Shown here: one piece after another, positions 29,707-39,271 of the stretch | How the letters are laid out: each line of letters opens with the position of its first letter | Numbering within the stretch: position 1 is the stretch's first letter | Made by a program: the position numbers and the translations under genes | From: a virus | Reading direction: 5' to 3' (one strand) | DNA: 64,000 nucleotides | IMG/VR virus record: IMGVR_UViG_3300025141_012665 | Span: 10,647-74,646 of that record | Notes under the pieces: model-generated | Databases searched by the model: none | Seen by the model: only the letters and a program-made list of their open reading frames with translations | Told to the model about the DNA's origin: nothing

Positions 29707-31437
29707 TTATACTTCGTCAGGGGTGGTCGGAATACTCGTACTGGCCTGTGCCTCAGCACTTATTTGAGCTGCCGACTTATAGCTAGGATCCACAGCGACC
29801 CGGTCCGCTTCGGGCCAAGCAACAACCCACCCAGACTCTTCATATCTTGCTATCGCCTCTGCTTTAGTCAAATCCTTGCCAAGTGGTGGCGGGGTCGGGA
29901 GAGCATCTTCGTCAGCCTCCGGGCAATCTGATCGGCCTTCCATTCTAAACCTTACAAATTCATAATTATCCCAGCCGGCTGGATTTACAGACATTATAGA
30001 TACCCTGCCGGAACTCCGATGCGCTCCTAAGATTTTCATACCTTTTCCGTCCCATGGTGACCAAACTATAGAAGCGTGGCCCTGGGAGTCTGGATCGGGG
30101 TATTTATTAGTATGATAAGTATATCCAAGAAAATCACCTGGCTTGGCGTCTTTATAGTTATGGACTCTGTACCCGCAGTCGAAGTGCAAAAAGATCTCCT
30201 CCAAGTTGCCGGTCGATGAGCCCACGGATGGATGAAAAAACTCCCCGCCACCCCACCTGTTGAACATGGCCGCAACGAGAATCTTTTTTTCTAGTTCTCC
30301 AGTTTCTTTGTTTTTTTTGAAGCCGGCATCGCCAGCGGCGCCGGTTGAAGTTCCATCATACGAGAAAACCGGGCTTGTGAATACATTGAACCCCAAATCT
30401 GCAAAAACTTGTTGCGTAAAAGTGGTGCAAACCAACCCATCGGATTTCTTTTTTGTCGCGGTGCCTGGGATTGGATCTCCCTTCTTCGCGTAATCGTCCG
30501 GGTCCTTGCCTTCGGGGACCGGCTCGTCCTTGGCGTATGTCTTCCTCGATCTCAAGACCTCGGCGTCGTCTATATAATCTGTCCCCCAATACTTCAGTGC
30601 GAGTTTAAGGACATCGTTGCCAGAACATATATCTTTGAGTTGTTCCGGTATCGGACCAATGGGAGTTACCGGTACATCCTCCATGGCTGCCTCCTCCATA
30701 ATTTCCTTGATACTGGGATCCTCGGCGGCCCACTCTGGCATCTTTCGTGGTCGTCCTCCGTTGAGAACCTCCACAACCGATCCGGGAGAGTCACCGAAAA
30801 CCTGACGCGGATTCTCAAATTTAAACTTAATTAAAGAGCCGGGGACAAGAGAGAATTTATCCTCCCAATCTGTTATCAGTGGGAGCCTTCTTATGTATTC
30901 TTCTCTTTTTATGGGATTGGGTTCGGCTAGCGGATTTCCGAAGTTCTGGTGGATCGCAGGCGCCATTACTCTATAGCCCTTGTGCTGTCCTATCTGCTTG
31001 GGCGGCTGATGTGTGAGATAATCTGGGTGGGAGAAAACGGGGGTCTCCTCTATGGCGCACACTATTCCAAATTGAACTGCGCGTCCATCGATGGATTGTG
31101 GTTTAAGGTTTTTTTTAAATATTTCGCCGATGACTTCCATAGTATTGTGCGTGAAGTCAAATTCTGTAAGTGTCGGATTGTCCGGATCAAAAAACTCAGC
31201 GCCGAACTCCGGATCGTAAGATAGTTCACTGGGATATCCCAATGTAGAGTTTGCAGCGTTATTGAGCATGCCGATCATTGCGGCGCGGGCTTTGTTCGTA
31301 TCGTTATTGTTGTCTTCAATGAAAGTTTCATACCGGCTGGCTGGATTGTCGACTTCAATGGGAAGTCTATCATCATAGTCAAAATGTCTAGTTCTACTAG
31401 AAGGTTCGTCTTTATCTTTCTTGTTCCACCACGCCAT
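29707..31437 (-). CDS. Putative tail-associated NlpC/P60-like cysteine peptidase/amidase (~576 aa)
   Basis: LALKYWGTDY...DGLVCTTFTQQVFADLG (catalytic Cys)...AKPGDFL...QGHASIV (His) order matches the papain-like NlpC/P60 superfamily. Start re-called at ATG 31437 (MAWWNKK), just after the upstream stop at 31442. Confidence 0.6.
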   Translation of the reverse strand: MAWWNKKDKDEPSSRTRHFDYDDRLPIEVDNPASRYETFIEDNNNDTNKARAAMIGMLNNAANSTLGYPSELSYDPEFGAEFFDPDNPTLTEFDFTHNTMEVIGEIFKKNLKPQSIDGRAVQFGIVCAIEETPVFSHPDYLTHQPPKQIGQHKGYRVMAPAIHQNFGNPLAEPNPIKREEYIRRLPLITDWEDKFSLVPGSLIKFKFENPRQVFGDSPGSVVEVLNGGRPRKMPEWAAEDPSIKEIMEEAAMEDVPVTPIGPIPEQLKDICSGNDVLKLALKYWGTDYIDDAEVLRSRKTYAKDEPVPEGKDPDDYAKKGDPIPGTATKKKSDGLVCTTFTQQVFADLGFNVFTSPVFSYDGTSTGAAGDAGFKKNKETGELEKKILVAAMFNRWGGGEFFHPSVGSSTGNLEEIFLHFDCGYRVHNYKDAKPGDFLGYTYHTNKYPDPDSQGHASIVWSPWDGKGMKILGAHRSSGRVSIMSVNPAGWDNYEFVRFRMEGRSDCPEADEDALPTPPPLGKDLTKAEAIARYEESGWVVAWPEADRVAVDPSYKSAAQISAEAQASTSIPTTPDEV

Positions 31438-31441
31438 AAAT

Positions 31442-31735
31442 TTATTCCCCCTCTTTGTCTTGCAGCATATCAAAAATATCAGCCTTATCATCTTCTGATA
31501 ATCCTTCTGATAATCCTGCTTGTTGCTTCTGGATAAGGGAAGATACTTTTACTAGCTGCTCGTTTGATCTCTGAAGTGTCTCCACATACTTGGCCGCGGT
31601 CTGGCCAACGAACTTGTGATTCTCTTCGTTCTTGCCAATATAGCGGATCACATCATCAAGAAGCTCTCTGGTGACCTCACGGTCATCCTGAATGTTCTTG
31701 ATTGCTTTTCCAAGGTAGTGGTCTAAGTCTTTCAT
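31442..31735 (-). CDS. Hypothetical helical protein (97 aa)
   Basis: Intact ORF overlapping the stop of the sigma-like gene; coiled-coil-like KYVETLQRSNEQLVKV. Confidence 0.7.
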   Translation of the reverse strand: MKDLDHYLGKAIKNIQDDREVTRELLDDVIRYIGKNEENHKFVGQTAAKYVETLQRSNEQLVKVSSLIQKQQAGLSEGLSEDDKADIFDMLQDKEGE

Positions 31736-32475
31736 AAGTCGCCTTTATCCCAGTTGCATCGGAAAACTCTATACTTGGCCCTCATACTGTTTAGGCTGTT
31801 AACAACCTGTTTTGTATTAAGTCCAGTAATTTCCCTCATATATAAGTAAATAGCTTTCTTATTGAAAATTTCGATATTATCAGCCTCATCAAAAAGCATC
31901 CGGATGGCGTTAAGAACCTTTTCTTCGTTGGGCTTCATATCTTCGTGCTCCCAAGAGTCTATTTCTTCGCGAAGCAGGCCTAAGAATTCTTTTGTTTCTC
32001 GATTTTTATCATAAGGGTTTGTGGTCGATATGTGTTTAAGTTCTAGTTCTTTTGATAGTACCGAAAGCTCAACCTCCGTTCTTCTCTTTTTGCTTCTCTT
32101 TTTTGTCTGATGGATAAACCAGTTTTTAGTAATAACACTAAAATAAGAAAAAGCCTTAGACCCTCTGTTGGGATCGTATTTACTAAGAATAGTTATGAGC
32201 CATATTTTGCACTCATCTCTAAGCGCATCAATATTTGGAAGAGTAGTAAATTTATAAGTAAACACTATCTTATCAACCATCTCGCCAAAAGCCGGCTCTA
32301 TATATTTTACATACAGTTCTGTTCTTTCTTTTATACTTTCAGTCTTAACATATTGTATAATTGCATCCTCATGAACCTGAGTAAAATACAGTCTTTTTGT
32401 TCGTTTTCTGCGTTTCTTCTTGGGCGGTGTCGGTAGCTTCACCACCTTCGCTTTGTCGCTCGTAGTCATAAACAT
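31732..32475 (-). CDS. Phage RNA polymerase sigma factor, T4 gp55 (late sigma)-like
   Basis: YFT...AIIQY, KYDPNRGSKAFSYFSVITKNWFI resembles sigma region 2 in gp55-like proteins. C-terminal NKKAIYLYMREITGLNTKQV is HTH-like. RBS GAGGAG. Confidence 0.7.
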   Translation of the reverse strand: MFMTTSDKAKVVKLPTPPKKKRRKRTKRLYFTQVHEDAIIQYVKTESIKERTELYVKYIEPAFGEMVDKIVFTYKFTTLPNIDALRDECKIWLITILSKYDPNRGSKAFSYFSVITKNWFIHQTKKRSKKRRTEVELSVLSKELELKHISTTNPYDKNRETKEFLGLLREEIDSWEHEDMKPNEEKVLNAIRMLFDEADNIEIFNKKAIYLYMREITGLNTKQVVNSLNSMRAKYRVFRCNWDKGDL

Positions 32476-32791
32476 CTATCTCCTCTAAATTTTCTTCTTC
32501 ATCTTCGTCCAAAAGCGTGTAGATTTCTTCGAAATCAACAAGAGTTTCAGAATATTGTCCGACATGTCGAATTAAACTACCGAGAGTTTCATCTCCGTAG
32601 AATGCCTCCAGTTCATGTACAGATTCCAAGTGATCGCGGAAAGAGATAGTCTCATCCACGAGAACACCAAGGTTTTCTGAAACGAAATGGAGGCGAGATA
32701 CAAGATTTCTTAAATACCAAACAAAGAATACATTAAGTAGTAATGAGACAATCAATGCCCCACCTAGCACCAATAACACTACTAGGTTCAT
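32369..32791 (-). CDS. Membrane-anchored hypothetical protein (140 aa)
   Basis: N-terminal hydrophobic helix LVVLLVLGGALIVSLLLNVFFVWY and acidic tail; ATGA overlap with the upstream gene. Confidence 0.7.
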   Translation of the reverse strand: MNLVVLLVLGGALIVSLLLNVFFVWYLRNLVSRLHFVSENLGVLVDETISFRDHLESVHELEAFYGDETLGSLIRHVGQYSETLVDFEEIYTLLDEDEEENLEEIDVYDYERQSEGGEATDTAQEETQKTNKKTVFYSGS

Positions 32792-33045
32792 CTGTCAAGC
32801 TCCTCTTTCATTTTTTTCTTCTCTTCTTTTACTTCTTTTTTTACATCGCGGATAAACTCTTTCACAAGCTCACCAGTTTTCTTCTCTGACGATGCTTTGC
32901 TTTTGGTAGAGTAAGCCACTGACGGAACCCTAAACAGAGAACCATCGGCGGTGCACTCGTCACAGTTTCGAAGCTTCATGAACATTCCATGAACGGCTTC
33001 GAAAGCATGATCGCATTCTTTGCATTTGTAAGCGTACTTAGGCAC
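32788..33045 (-). CDS. FmdB-family zinc-ribbon protein
   Basis: MPKYAYKCKECDHAFE...CDEC...RVPS matches the CxxC-CxxC-SSSS pattern. Confidence 0.85.
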   Translation of the reverse strand: MPKYAYKCKECDHAFEAVHGMFMKLRNCDECTADGSLFRVPSVAYSTKSKASSEKKTGELVKEFIRDVKKEVKEEKKKMKEELDR

Positions 33046-33240
33046 TTACTCCTCTTCCTCTTCTTCGTCACCATGGCCAAGCTTAACTAGCGGAGGGTTC
33101 ATTACCACTAATCCTTCTTCGGACAACCTAAACTTAAAGGCCTTAAGTACCGGGACGATATCGCTTTGCTCTAATAGTGACTTTTGTAGAGCCATCATTA
33201 GTGCGCCTAGCGCTTGGTCAGATAATTGCATTTCATTCAT
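33046..33240 (-). CDS. Small hypothetical protein (64 aa)
   Basis: Fills the gap between gmd and the FmdB gene with coupled start/stop and RBS AGGAG. Confidence 0.7.
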   Translation of the reverse strand: MNEMQLSDQALGALMMALQKSLLEQSDIVPVLKAFKFRLSEEGLVVMNPPLVKLGHGDEEEEEE

Positions 33241-34214
33241 CTTATTTCTCCTTTAATCTTTTTAAGATCTGATTCATACATCATTTTAGCTAATTCTTCA
33301 AATCCCACTTTTGGGATCCAATTAAGTTTTCTTCTTGCTTTGGATGGGTCACCCAACAAAAGCGGCACTTCATGGGGCCTAAATAGCCTCTCATCGATTT
33401 CTACATGCTTTTCTGTGTCCAGACCCGCATGTTCGAAAACAGCCTCTAAAAAGGCCCTTACAGAGTGCGTTCTGCCGGTTGCGACAACATAGTCATCTGG
33501 TTCATCCTGCTGGAGCATTAGCCACATCATTTCGACATAATCCCCAGCGAAGCCCCAATCTCGCTTTGAGTCGAGGTAGCCAAGATATAACTTTTCTTGA
33601 ATGCCTAGTTTTATTCTTGCTGCTGCTAATGTAATTTTTCTTGTAACGAAAGTCTCGCCTCTTCGCGGTGACTCATGGTTAAATAGGATGCCCGAAGAGA
33701 CATGCATGCCGTAGCTCTCGCGATAGTTGCGGACTAGATTGTGGGCGAATACTTTTGCGCAAGCATAAGGCGAGGCCGGCATTAATGCAGTATTCTCGTT
33801 TTGTGGGTGCTCTGGGTTGTCTCCGAACATCTCTGACGAGGATGCTTGATAAATGCGAGCATCCGGGACTATGTGTCGTGCCGCCTCTAGAAGGCGAAGT
33901 GTGCCCATAGCGATACCATCAACGGTTGATTCTGGGACTTCGAAGGATACACGGACATGGGACTGTGCTGCCAGATTATAGATTTCGTCTGGCTTGTATT
34001 CCTGTAGAAGTCTCCATATACAACCTGCATCGTTTAGTTCGAAATAACGCATTTCAAAATCTTCATGGTAGTATACATCATCTATTCTTTCCGTGCAGAC
34101 TGTTGAAGATCTTCTTTTGAGCCCAACAACCTTGTATCCCTTTTCTAACAAAAACTCTGCAAGATATGAGCCGTCCTGCCCGGTGATTCCCGTTATTAGT
34201 GCCGTCTTATTCAT
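33237..34214 (-). CDS. gmd: GDP-mannose 4,6-dehydratase
   Basis: [69 protein letters not shown]. Confidence 0.97.
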   Translation of the reverse strand: MNKTALITGITGQDGSYLAEFLLEKGYKVVGLKRRSSTVCTERIDDVYYHEDFEMRYFELNDAGCIWRLLQEYKPDEIYNLAAQSHVRVSFEVPESTVDGIAMGTLRLLEAARHIVPDARIYQASSSEMFGDNPEHPQNENTALMPASPYACAKVFAHNLVRNYRESYGMHVSSGILFNHESPRRGETFVTRKITLAAARIKLGIQEKLYLGYLDSKRDWGFAGDYVEMMWLMLQQDEPDDYVVATGRTHSVRAFLEAVFEHAGLDTEKHVEIDERLFRPHEVPLLLGDPSKARRKLNWIPKVGFEELAKMMYESDLKKIKGEIR

Positions 34215-34834
34215 TCGCTCTCGCCCTCTTTGGTCAACAACTCTTCATAGAATGATATGTCTCTCTCGTAAATTCTTTCTATGATTTGTCTCACTCTAGT
34301 ATTTTTCTCTAAAAATTCAATATATTGTTTTTTAATGTCGTCTCTTTTTCTATTATGTTTGTTGTTGACTTTAATTCCAAATGCTTCTTCAAGCGCACAA
34401 TTGACATTATTCATGAGCCATATTTCATCAACATGGATCCTATCATCTTTTGAGTCAGAAATATAAAATAATTGAGGCTCCACATGGGCATCATAAAACT
34501 CTTTCTTTATTTCTTTTATAAATTCCAAAAATCTCTGAGGCTCTTGCTTAATGTAATAGAACTCTTTTTCCAATGTCTTTGGGCAGTCGTGAGTTCTTAT
34601 CAGTATTTCCAAATATGCGCTGCAAAATCTATCTATAGGTTCCCGCGCTATACAGATAACCTTATTTTTTTGCAGAATTTCAGGATTTTCTATAAAATTA
34701 TCAGCTTTATAAGCGATGCTGCTGGATTCCAATTCTCTTCTGAAAGTTGTGCTAGCATTTTTAGGAATGGGAATGAAGCAAATTTTCTGCTTTTCGCAAA
34801 CATACGAAAGACCTTTTGCATGGTTATAAGCCAA
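34211..34834 (-). CDS. Sulfotransferase, Sulfotransfer_2 (HNK-1/CHST-like) family
   Basis: 5'-[16 protein letters not shown], 3'-[21 protein letters not shown]-terminal IYERDISFY. Confidence 0.8.
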   Translation of the reverse strand: MAYNHAKGLSYVCEKQKICFIPIPKNASTTFRRELESSSIAYKADNFIENPEILQKNKVICIAREPIDRFCSAYLEILIRTHDCPKTLEKEFYYIKQEPQRFLEFIKEIKKEFYDAHVEPQLFYISDSKDDRIHVDEIWLMNNVNCALEEAFGIKVNNKHNRKRDDIKKQYIEFLEKNTRVRQIIERIYERDISFYEELLTKEGESE

Positions 34835-35755
34835 TTATACGCCTCTTATATTAGGATAATTTAATATAACCCATTTGTAAGTTTTTGTCAAGGCCTTTCT
34901 CAAATCTGTGTAATTTTCTTGTCTCCAGCCAAGCTCGATGAGTCTAGAATTATCTGATGGTTTCCTGTGTTGCCCCGTTGGTTTCGATGTGTCCCAAAGT
35001 ACTTTCCCATCAAAACCTATTATCTCCGCGATCATCTCGGCGACTTCTTTAATCGAATATTCTCGTGTATTTCCAACATTTATTGGATAGGACTCATCAT
35101 AATGCTCTAACAAGAATATCAAGATGTCAGCCAAATCCTTTGAATAGGTGAACTCTCTAAGCGGAGAGCCATCGCCCCACAAGACAACATTTTCATTGTT
35201 TAGCTTCGCTTCGTGCATCTTTCTCATGATTGCCGGGATAACATGCGAATCTTCAAGATCAAAGTTGTCGTGTTCTCCAAAAAGATTATTAGGAATTGCC
35301 GTTGTAAAGTTGCAACCATATTGATCACCATAGGCCCTAGACTGAATATCCAGCATTCTTTTAGCATATGCATATGCATAGTTACTATCATGAGGAGGTC
35401 CATTGTGAATCTGATCTTCAGTCAGTGGATAAATGGCTCTGTCTGGGTATACGCATGTGCTCAACAAAGATATTACTTTTTTGGTGCCGACAGTGTGCGC
35501 AGCAGAAAGCACATTAGTGTTTATCTGAATATTTTCTAAGTAGAAGTCCGCCAAGTAATTAGAATTCGCGGCGATGCCACCAACTCTTGCCGCAAGGTGA
35601 ATCACTTGATCGGGCTTGATATCCTTGAACATATTTTGTACACTATCAGCATTTCTCAAATCACAGTCTTTAGATGAAATATAATATGCGTCCGGAAGAG
35701 ATGTTCTCATGGCGCGCCCAACCATCCCTGTGCCTCCAGTGACCAGAATGATCAT
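34835..35755 (-). CDS. fcl: GDP-L-fucose synthase
   Basis: VTGGTGMVG, HLAARVGGIAAN, LSTCVYP, YAYAKR, PNNLFGEHDNF, SHVIPA, WGDGSPLREF. Confidence 0.95.
   Translation of the reverse strand: MIILVTGGTGMVGRAMRTSLPDAYYISSKDCDLRNADSVQNMFKDIKPDQVIHLAARVGGIAANSNYLADFYLENIQINTNVLSAAHTVGTKKVISLLSTCVYPDRAIYPLTEDQIHNGPPHDSNYAYAYAKRMLDIQSRAYGDQYGCNFTTAIPNNLFGEHDNFDLEDSHVIPAIMRKMHEAKLNNENVVLWGDGSPLREFTYSKDLADILIFLLEHYDESYPINVGNTREYSIKEVAEMIAEIIGFDGKVLWDTSKPTGQHRKPSDNSRLIELGWRQENYTDLRKALTKTYKWVILNYPNIRGV
34863..34891 (-). promoter_or_regulatory. sigma70-type promoter TTGACA-17-TATATT inside the fcl 3' end
   Basis: Minus strand TTGACA aaaacttacaaatgggt TATATT, about 30 nt upstream of the sulfotransferase start. 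Confidence 0.7.
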
Positions 35756-36456
35756 TCTACCCTCTCATATATACCTAAATATTTCTCATAAAGCTTCGGC
35801 CCTACTGTTTTCTTTATCAGAAACCTCATGTTGTCTATCTCATGTTTATTTAAGTCTTTGGAGTGATACCCAACATCACTATGATTACGATTTGAAGATA
35901 GCGCAAGCGAAGAAAAAGCGGCAGAAGGCGCGAGGCCCCTATAGGCATCAAGGCACCGCTCTCTATGATAAGCTATATTCTGCATTAGATTGTCTAAATT
36001 ATCATACATATGTTCCTTAGAAGGAATTTGTCCAGACAAACTATCTGATATGCTATCGACGAACTCGATAAGCGACTCTAGCGTTCTTCTTGGGTATTGC
36101 ACAAATTCCTCATAATAGACTACATGCCCGGGCTTTGAATCGCATAGCCTTTCATGCAAAACTATCAGTTCCGCATACATTTTTAAGTTCTTATCCATCC
36201 AGACATTATCAGCCAATGAGGGCCGGGTTTTTGCATGGCTGCGAATACACTCATTATAGTCTCTTAATAAAATAATATGATTATAGTCGTCTTTGGGCGC
36301 GGCGTGGAGGCCGTAATCGGCCACCTCATGCATGTGAAACAGCAAACCATCAGTGGCGCCAGTATTCCAAAATGCCTCTCTAGATTCAGCCTGTCGTTTG
36401 GATATATACTCAAAACAATACCTCAACCAGTTGCTTCCGCTGCGAGGATAGGACAA
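35752..36456 (-). CDS. Sulfotransferase, Sulfotransfer_1/P-loop type
   Basis: SYPRSGSNWLR (5'-PSB), ILLRDYNECIRS (3'-PB), VYYEEFVQYPRRTL. The true start may be up to 33 nt upstream (see findings). Confidence 0.75.
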   Translation of the reverse strand: MSYPRSGSNWLRYCFEYISKRQAESREAFWNTGATDGLLFHMHEVADYGLHAAPKDDYNHIILLRDYNECIRSHAKTRPSLADNVWMDKNLKMYAELIVLHERLCDSKPGHVVYYEEFVQYPRRTLESLIEFVDSISDSLSGQIPSKEHMYDNLDNLMQNIAYHRERCLDAYRGLAPSAAFSSLALSSNRNHSDVGYHSKDLNKHEIDNMRFLIKKTVGPKLYEKYLGIYERVE

Positions 36457-36488
36457 TAAATATATGTTACTGGCGATGGGATGTGTTA

Positions 36489-36806
36489 TTATTCTTCTCT
36501 AAAAAAATCATCTGCGTTAATGTTCTTGTCGTCTATGAACAAGTCATAGTTTGGCTTTCCAAATTTCAACTCATGATATCTGACGCCCCATTCGGAAAAC
36601 TGCTTCTCCGTCACCTCTCTCCAATCTATACCAGTTGTAGTCCCTCTTGCTGTCCAATAAACAATTGTGTGGCCGTCTTTATATAATTCATTGATTTTAC
36701 TAATATTTTTCATAATTGGAATTCCTTTCGCATACTTCCGGGGTGCGGATGGATTTGAATCTTCATGCTCACAAATGGTTTCATCAATGTCTATGTATAT
36801 AATCAT
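36489..36806 (-). CDS. Small capless HAD-superfamily phosphatase (capsule-biosynthesis EcbF/BcbF-like)
   Basis: YIDIDETIC (DxD), WTARG, GKP..DLFIDDK. Confidence 0.85.
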   Translation of the reverse strand: MIIYIDIDETICEHEDSNPSAPRKYAKGIPIMKNISKINELYKDGHTIVYWTARGTTTGIDWREVTEKQFSEWGVRYHELKFGKPNYDLFIDDKNINADDFFREE

Positions 36807-36813
36807 GCTTTTT

Positions 36814-38406
36814 TCAAGGGGCCGGCGGTTTTGATAATGCAGCAGTTTTTTTCTTTGCTAGTCTTCTCTTTTTTGAAGCTTCGCGCTTGGCCTCTTTGTA
36901 GCCATCGTATATATTCGCCAGACTATTGATGACGCCATCCCTTTTTGTCTCTTTAGTTTCATCTATTCTGCTGGCTGTACAATCGTCGATTTTCATGTCT
37001 GCTTTCTCATCAACAAGATCGGTAAATTTATAAAATATGTCAACCAGTTCCTGATTATCAATTGTCGGAAGATTAATGACTGAATTTTGTCTCATTGTTA
37101 TATTCTTGGCCATTCCTTTAAATCCGGGCTTGTCCCAGGTATCAATCCATCCCATATCTTTTGCAACTTGATGCACAGGAGTGCCAATATAGGGTGCGAC
37201 AAAATTGAGGTCAAAACTATCTGGACCTAATTCTTTCATAAACTCAATGCTTTCAAATATGTCCTCGACAGTCTCGCCAGGAAACCCTATCATTACATTA
37301 GCTGTTGTTCGGATTCCGTAGTCATGTATTAAGTTAACCCTTTCGAGAATATCAACATTTCTCGTACTCTTTTTTAATATATTCTTTCTGAGGCTCTCAC
37401 TACCTGTTTCGATGCCCAGTCCGATGCCGGCGCAGTTGGTCTCCTTCATTACCTTTATTCTTTCTTCATTAATGCTTGAAATTGTTGAGTTAATCCAATA
37501 TGGGAGACCCACTTCACTGGACCATTTATCTGAGAATTCTTCGAGCCTTTCTCTCGGCATTGCAAGAAAATTATCATCAGCAAAAAATATAAGGTCGAAA
37601 TTATGCTTATCATTCAGAGCCTTTATCTCGGCAATGGTGTTATCAATCGTCTTAAACCTCTTGTACTTTCCTGCATCTTTAAAAATATCTTGATATATAA
37701 CATTTACACAATAAGAACATCGAAGCATGCACCCTCTCGAAGTTTCGAAAGGGCCGGCACGACGATTGACACCATCATATGGTTTTACATAATGTTTTTC
37801 ATCCCAGATATCAAAATTTTGTATAGGCAGGGTATTCATATCAAGGAGAGGCCGGATCGGATTTGACTTGATACGGCCGCCTTTTGTGTACCATAAATTA
37901 GGAATATTATCTACTGGCTCTCCTTTGCCATATATCTCACAGAAATCCTTTATTGCGCCCTCTCCTTCCCCTTGGATTATATAATCTATATTCGGATTTG
38001 CCATGAGAATATGAGGCGCCACTGTCGGCGTTGTTCCGCCACAAAGAATAGGAGCAGATGTATAAAATGTTTTTATATAACCCATCAACTCATCTGCAAA
38101 TTCATAATTGTCTTCGACAATACTTAAGCAAATCAGATCTGGTTGGAACCTCATTATTCTTTCTTTTAATAATTCTCTAATCTCTTTTGTACCAAAGCCA
38201 TCAGTATATAAGTGAGACAAGTCAGTTGGCGTGCAGAGGCCGGCCTTGTTTCGAACATCATTATCTTTATTTCCTGTCGACATAAATGTCGTATCAAACA
38301 ACTCCATGTCGTGGCCTTCATCCATCAAGATGGTGGAAATAATGGCCAGACCAGTAGGTATTCTACCATAGCCCTCTATATTTGGATATATAACAAAAAC
38401 TTTCAT
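36814..38406 (-). CDS. Cobalamin-binding radical SAM enzyme (class B methyltransferase-like)
   Basis: N-terminal B12-binding-like domain (PTGLAII...PDLICLS...GGTTPT...IIQGEGE), ETSRGCMLRCSYC (CxxxCxxC), FADDNF, GIETGS, MIGFPGET. Confidence 0.9.
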   Translation of the reverse strand: MKVFVIYPNIEGYGRIPTGLAIISTILMDEGHDMELFDTTFMSTGNKDNDVRNKAGLCTPTDLSHLYTDGFGTKEIRELLKERIMRFQPDLICLSIVEDNYEFADELMGYIKTFYTSAPILCGGTTPTVAPHILMANPNIDYIIQGEGEGAIKDFCEIYGKGEPVDNIPNLWYTKGGRIKSNPIRPLLDMNTLPIQNFDIWDEKHYVKPYDGVNRRAGPFETSRGCMLRCSYCVNVIYQDIFKDAGKYKRFKTIDNTIAEIKALNDKHNFDLIFFADDNFLAMPRERLEEFSDKWSSEVGLPYWINSTISSINEERIKVMKETNCAGIGLGIETGSESLRKNILKKSTRNVDILERVNLIHDYGIRTTANVMIGFPGETVEDIFESIEFMKELGPDSFDLNFVAPYIGTPVHQVAKDMGWIDTWDKPGFKGMAKNITMRQNSVINLPTIDNQELVDIFYKFTDLVDEKADMKIDDCTASRIDETKETKRDGVINSLANIYDGYKEAKREASKKRRLAKKKTAALSKPPAP

Positions 38407-38407
38407 T

Positions 38408-39271
38408 TTAAACTTTCCTCCTGAGTTTCTTTCTGATGGGTGCCTCTGATTGGGTCACAATCTTGTTGGCGTCACCCATCATCACATTAATTCTATCACA
38501 CCTCTTTCTCAACATATGCATGGCGTGAACCTCTAAGCTAGCAGATTGATCTGTTCCCCACATATCATGAGATAGAGTTATGTGTCTTTCTATAACTTGG
38601 GCCCCTAGCGCCACTGCAACCACTGTTGGTTGCAGATCGCTTTCGTGGCCAGAGTACCCAACTACACACCCATATCTTTCCTTAATCATTGGAATCAGAT
38701 TTAAGTTTAACTCTTCAAGAGGAGTTGGATAGCTTGAGTTCGTATGCATCAATACAGGCTTGTGATGTCCTTGCAATAATAGATCTACGGCATGATCGAC
38801 CTCTTCCAGAGTCGACATTCCAGTCGAAGCGATGACCGGAACCCCAGATTTAACTACCTCTTTCAGCAACTCATCGTCCGTCAACATGGCTGAGGGGATC
38901 TTTATAAACGGAGACCCTCTTTCCAATAGGAAATTTAGGCTATCGATATCCCACGCAGACGCAGACCAATCAATAGGTTTCTCTGATGCATATTCGGAAA
39001 TATATTTATAATCGGGGCCGGAGAGTTCTATCCTGTGTTTATACTCTATGTATGTCATCTCGCCCCACGGAGTCTTTCTCATGATTCCTTTCTGGTGTTC
39101 TGGTACACAGACATCCGGGTTTCTTTTTTGAAATTTAGCGCAGTCCCATCCACACGCGTGCACGGCATCCATCAGCTTCTTGGCCACCTGCAAATCTCCG
39201 TTATGATTGATCCCAATTTCTCCTATAAAATAGGGGACTTTTAAGTTCTCAAAATCTACCATGAGGTCCAT
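38408..39271 (-). CDS. neuB: N-acetylneuraminate/nonulosonate synthase family, short form lacking the C-terminal SAF/AFP domain
   Basis: IGEIGINHNGD, AKFQKR, KIPSA, STGMS, MHTNSSYP, GYSGHE, IERHITL, GTDQSASLE. Confidence 0.93.
   Translation of the reverse strand: MDLMVDFENLKVPYFIGEIGINHNGDLQVAKKLMDAVHACGWDCAKFQKRNPDVCVPEHQKGIMRKTPWGEMTYIEYKHRIELSGPDYKYISEYASEKPIDWSASAWDIDSLNFLLERGSPFIKIPSAMLTDDELLKEVVKSGVPVIASTGMSTLEEVDHAVDLLLQGHHKPVLMHTNSSYPTPLEELNLNLIPMIKERYGCVVGYSGHESDLQPTVVAVALGAQVIERHITLSHDMWGTDQSASLEVHAMHMLRKRCDRINVMMGDANKIVTQSEAPIRKKLRRKV

Noticed and set aside
36499-36510. Slippery T7 run suggesting a -1 frameshift fusing the HAD and sulfotransferase genes
   Set aside because: The -1 frame meets TAG immediately after the run.
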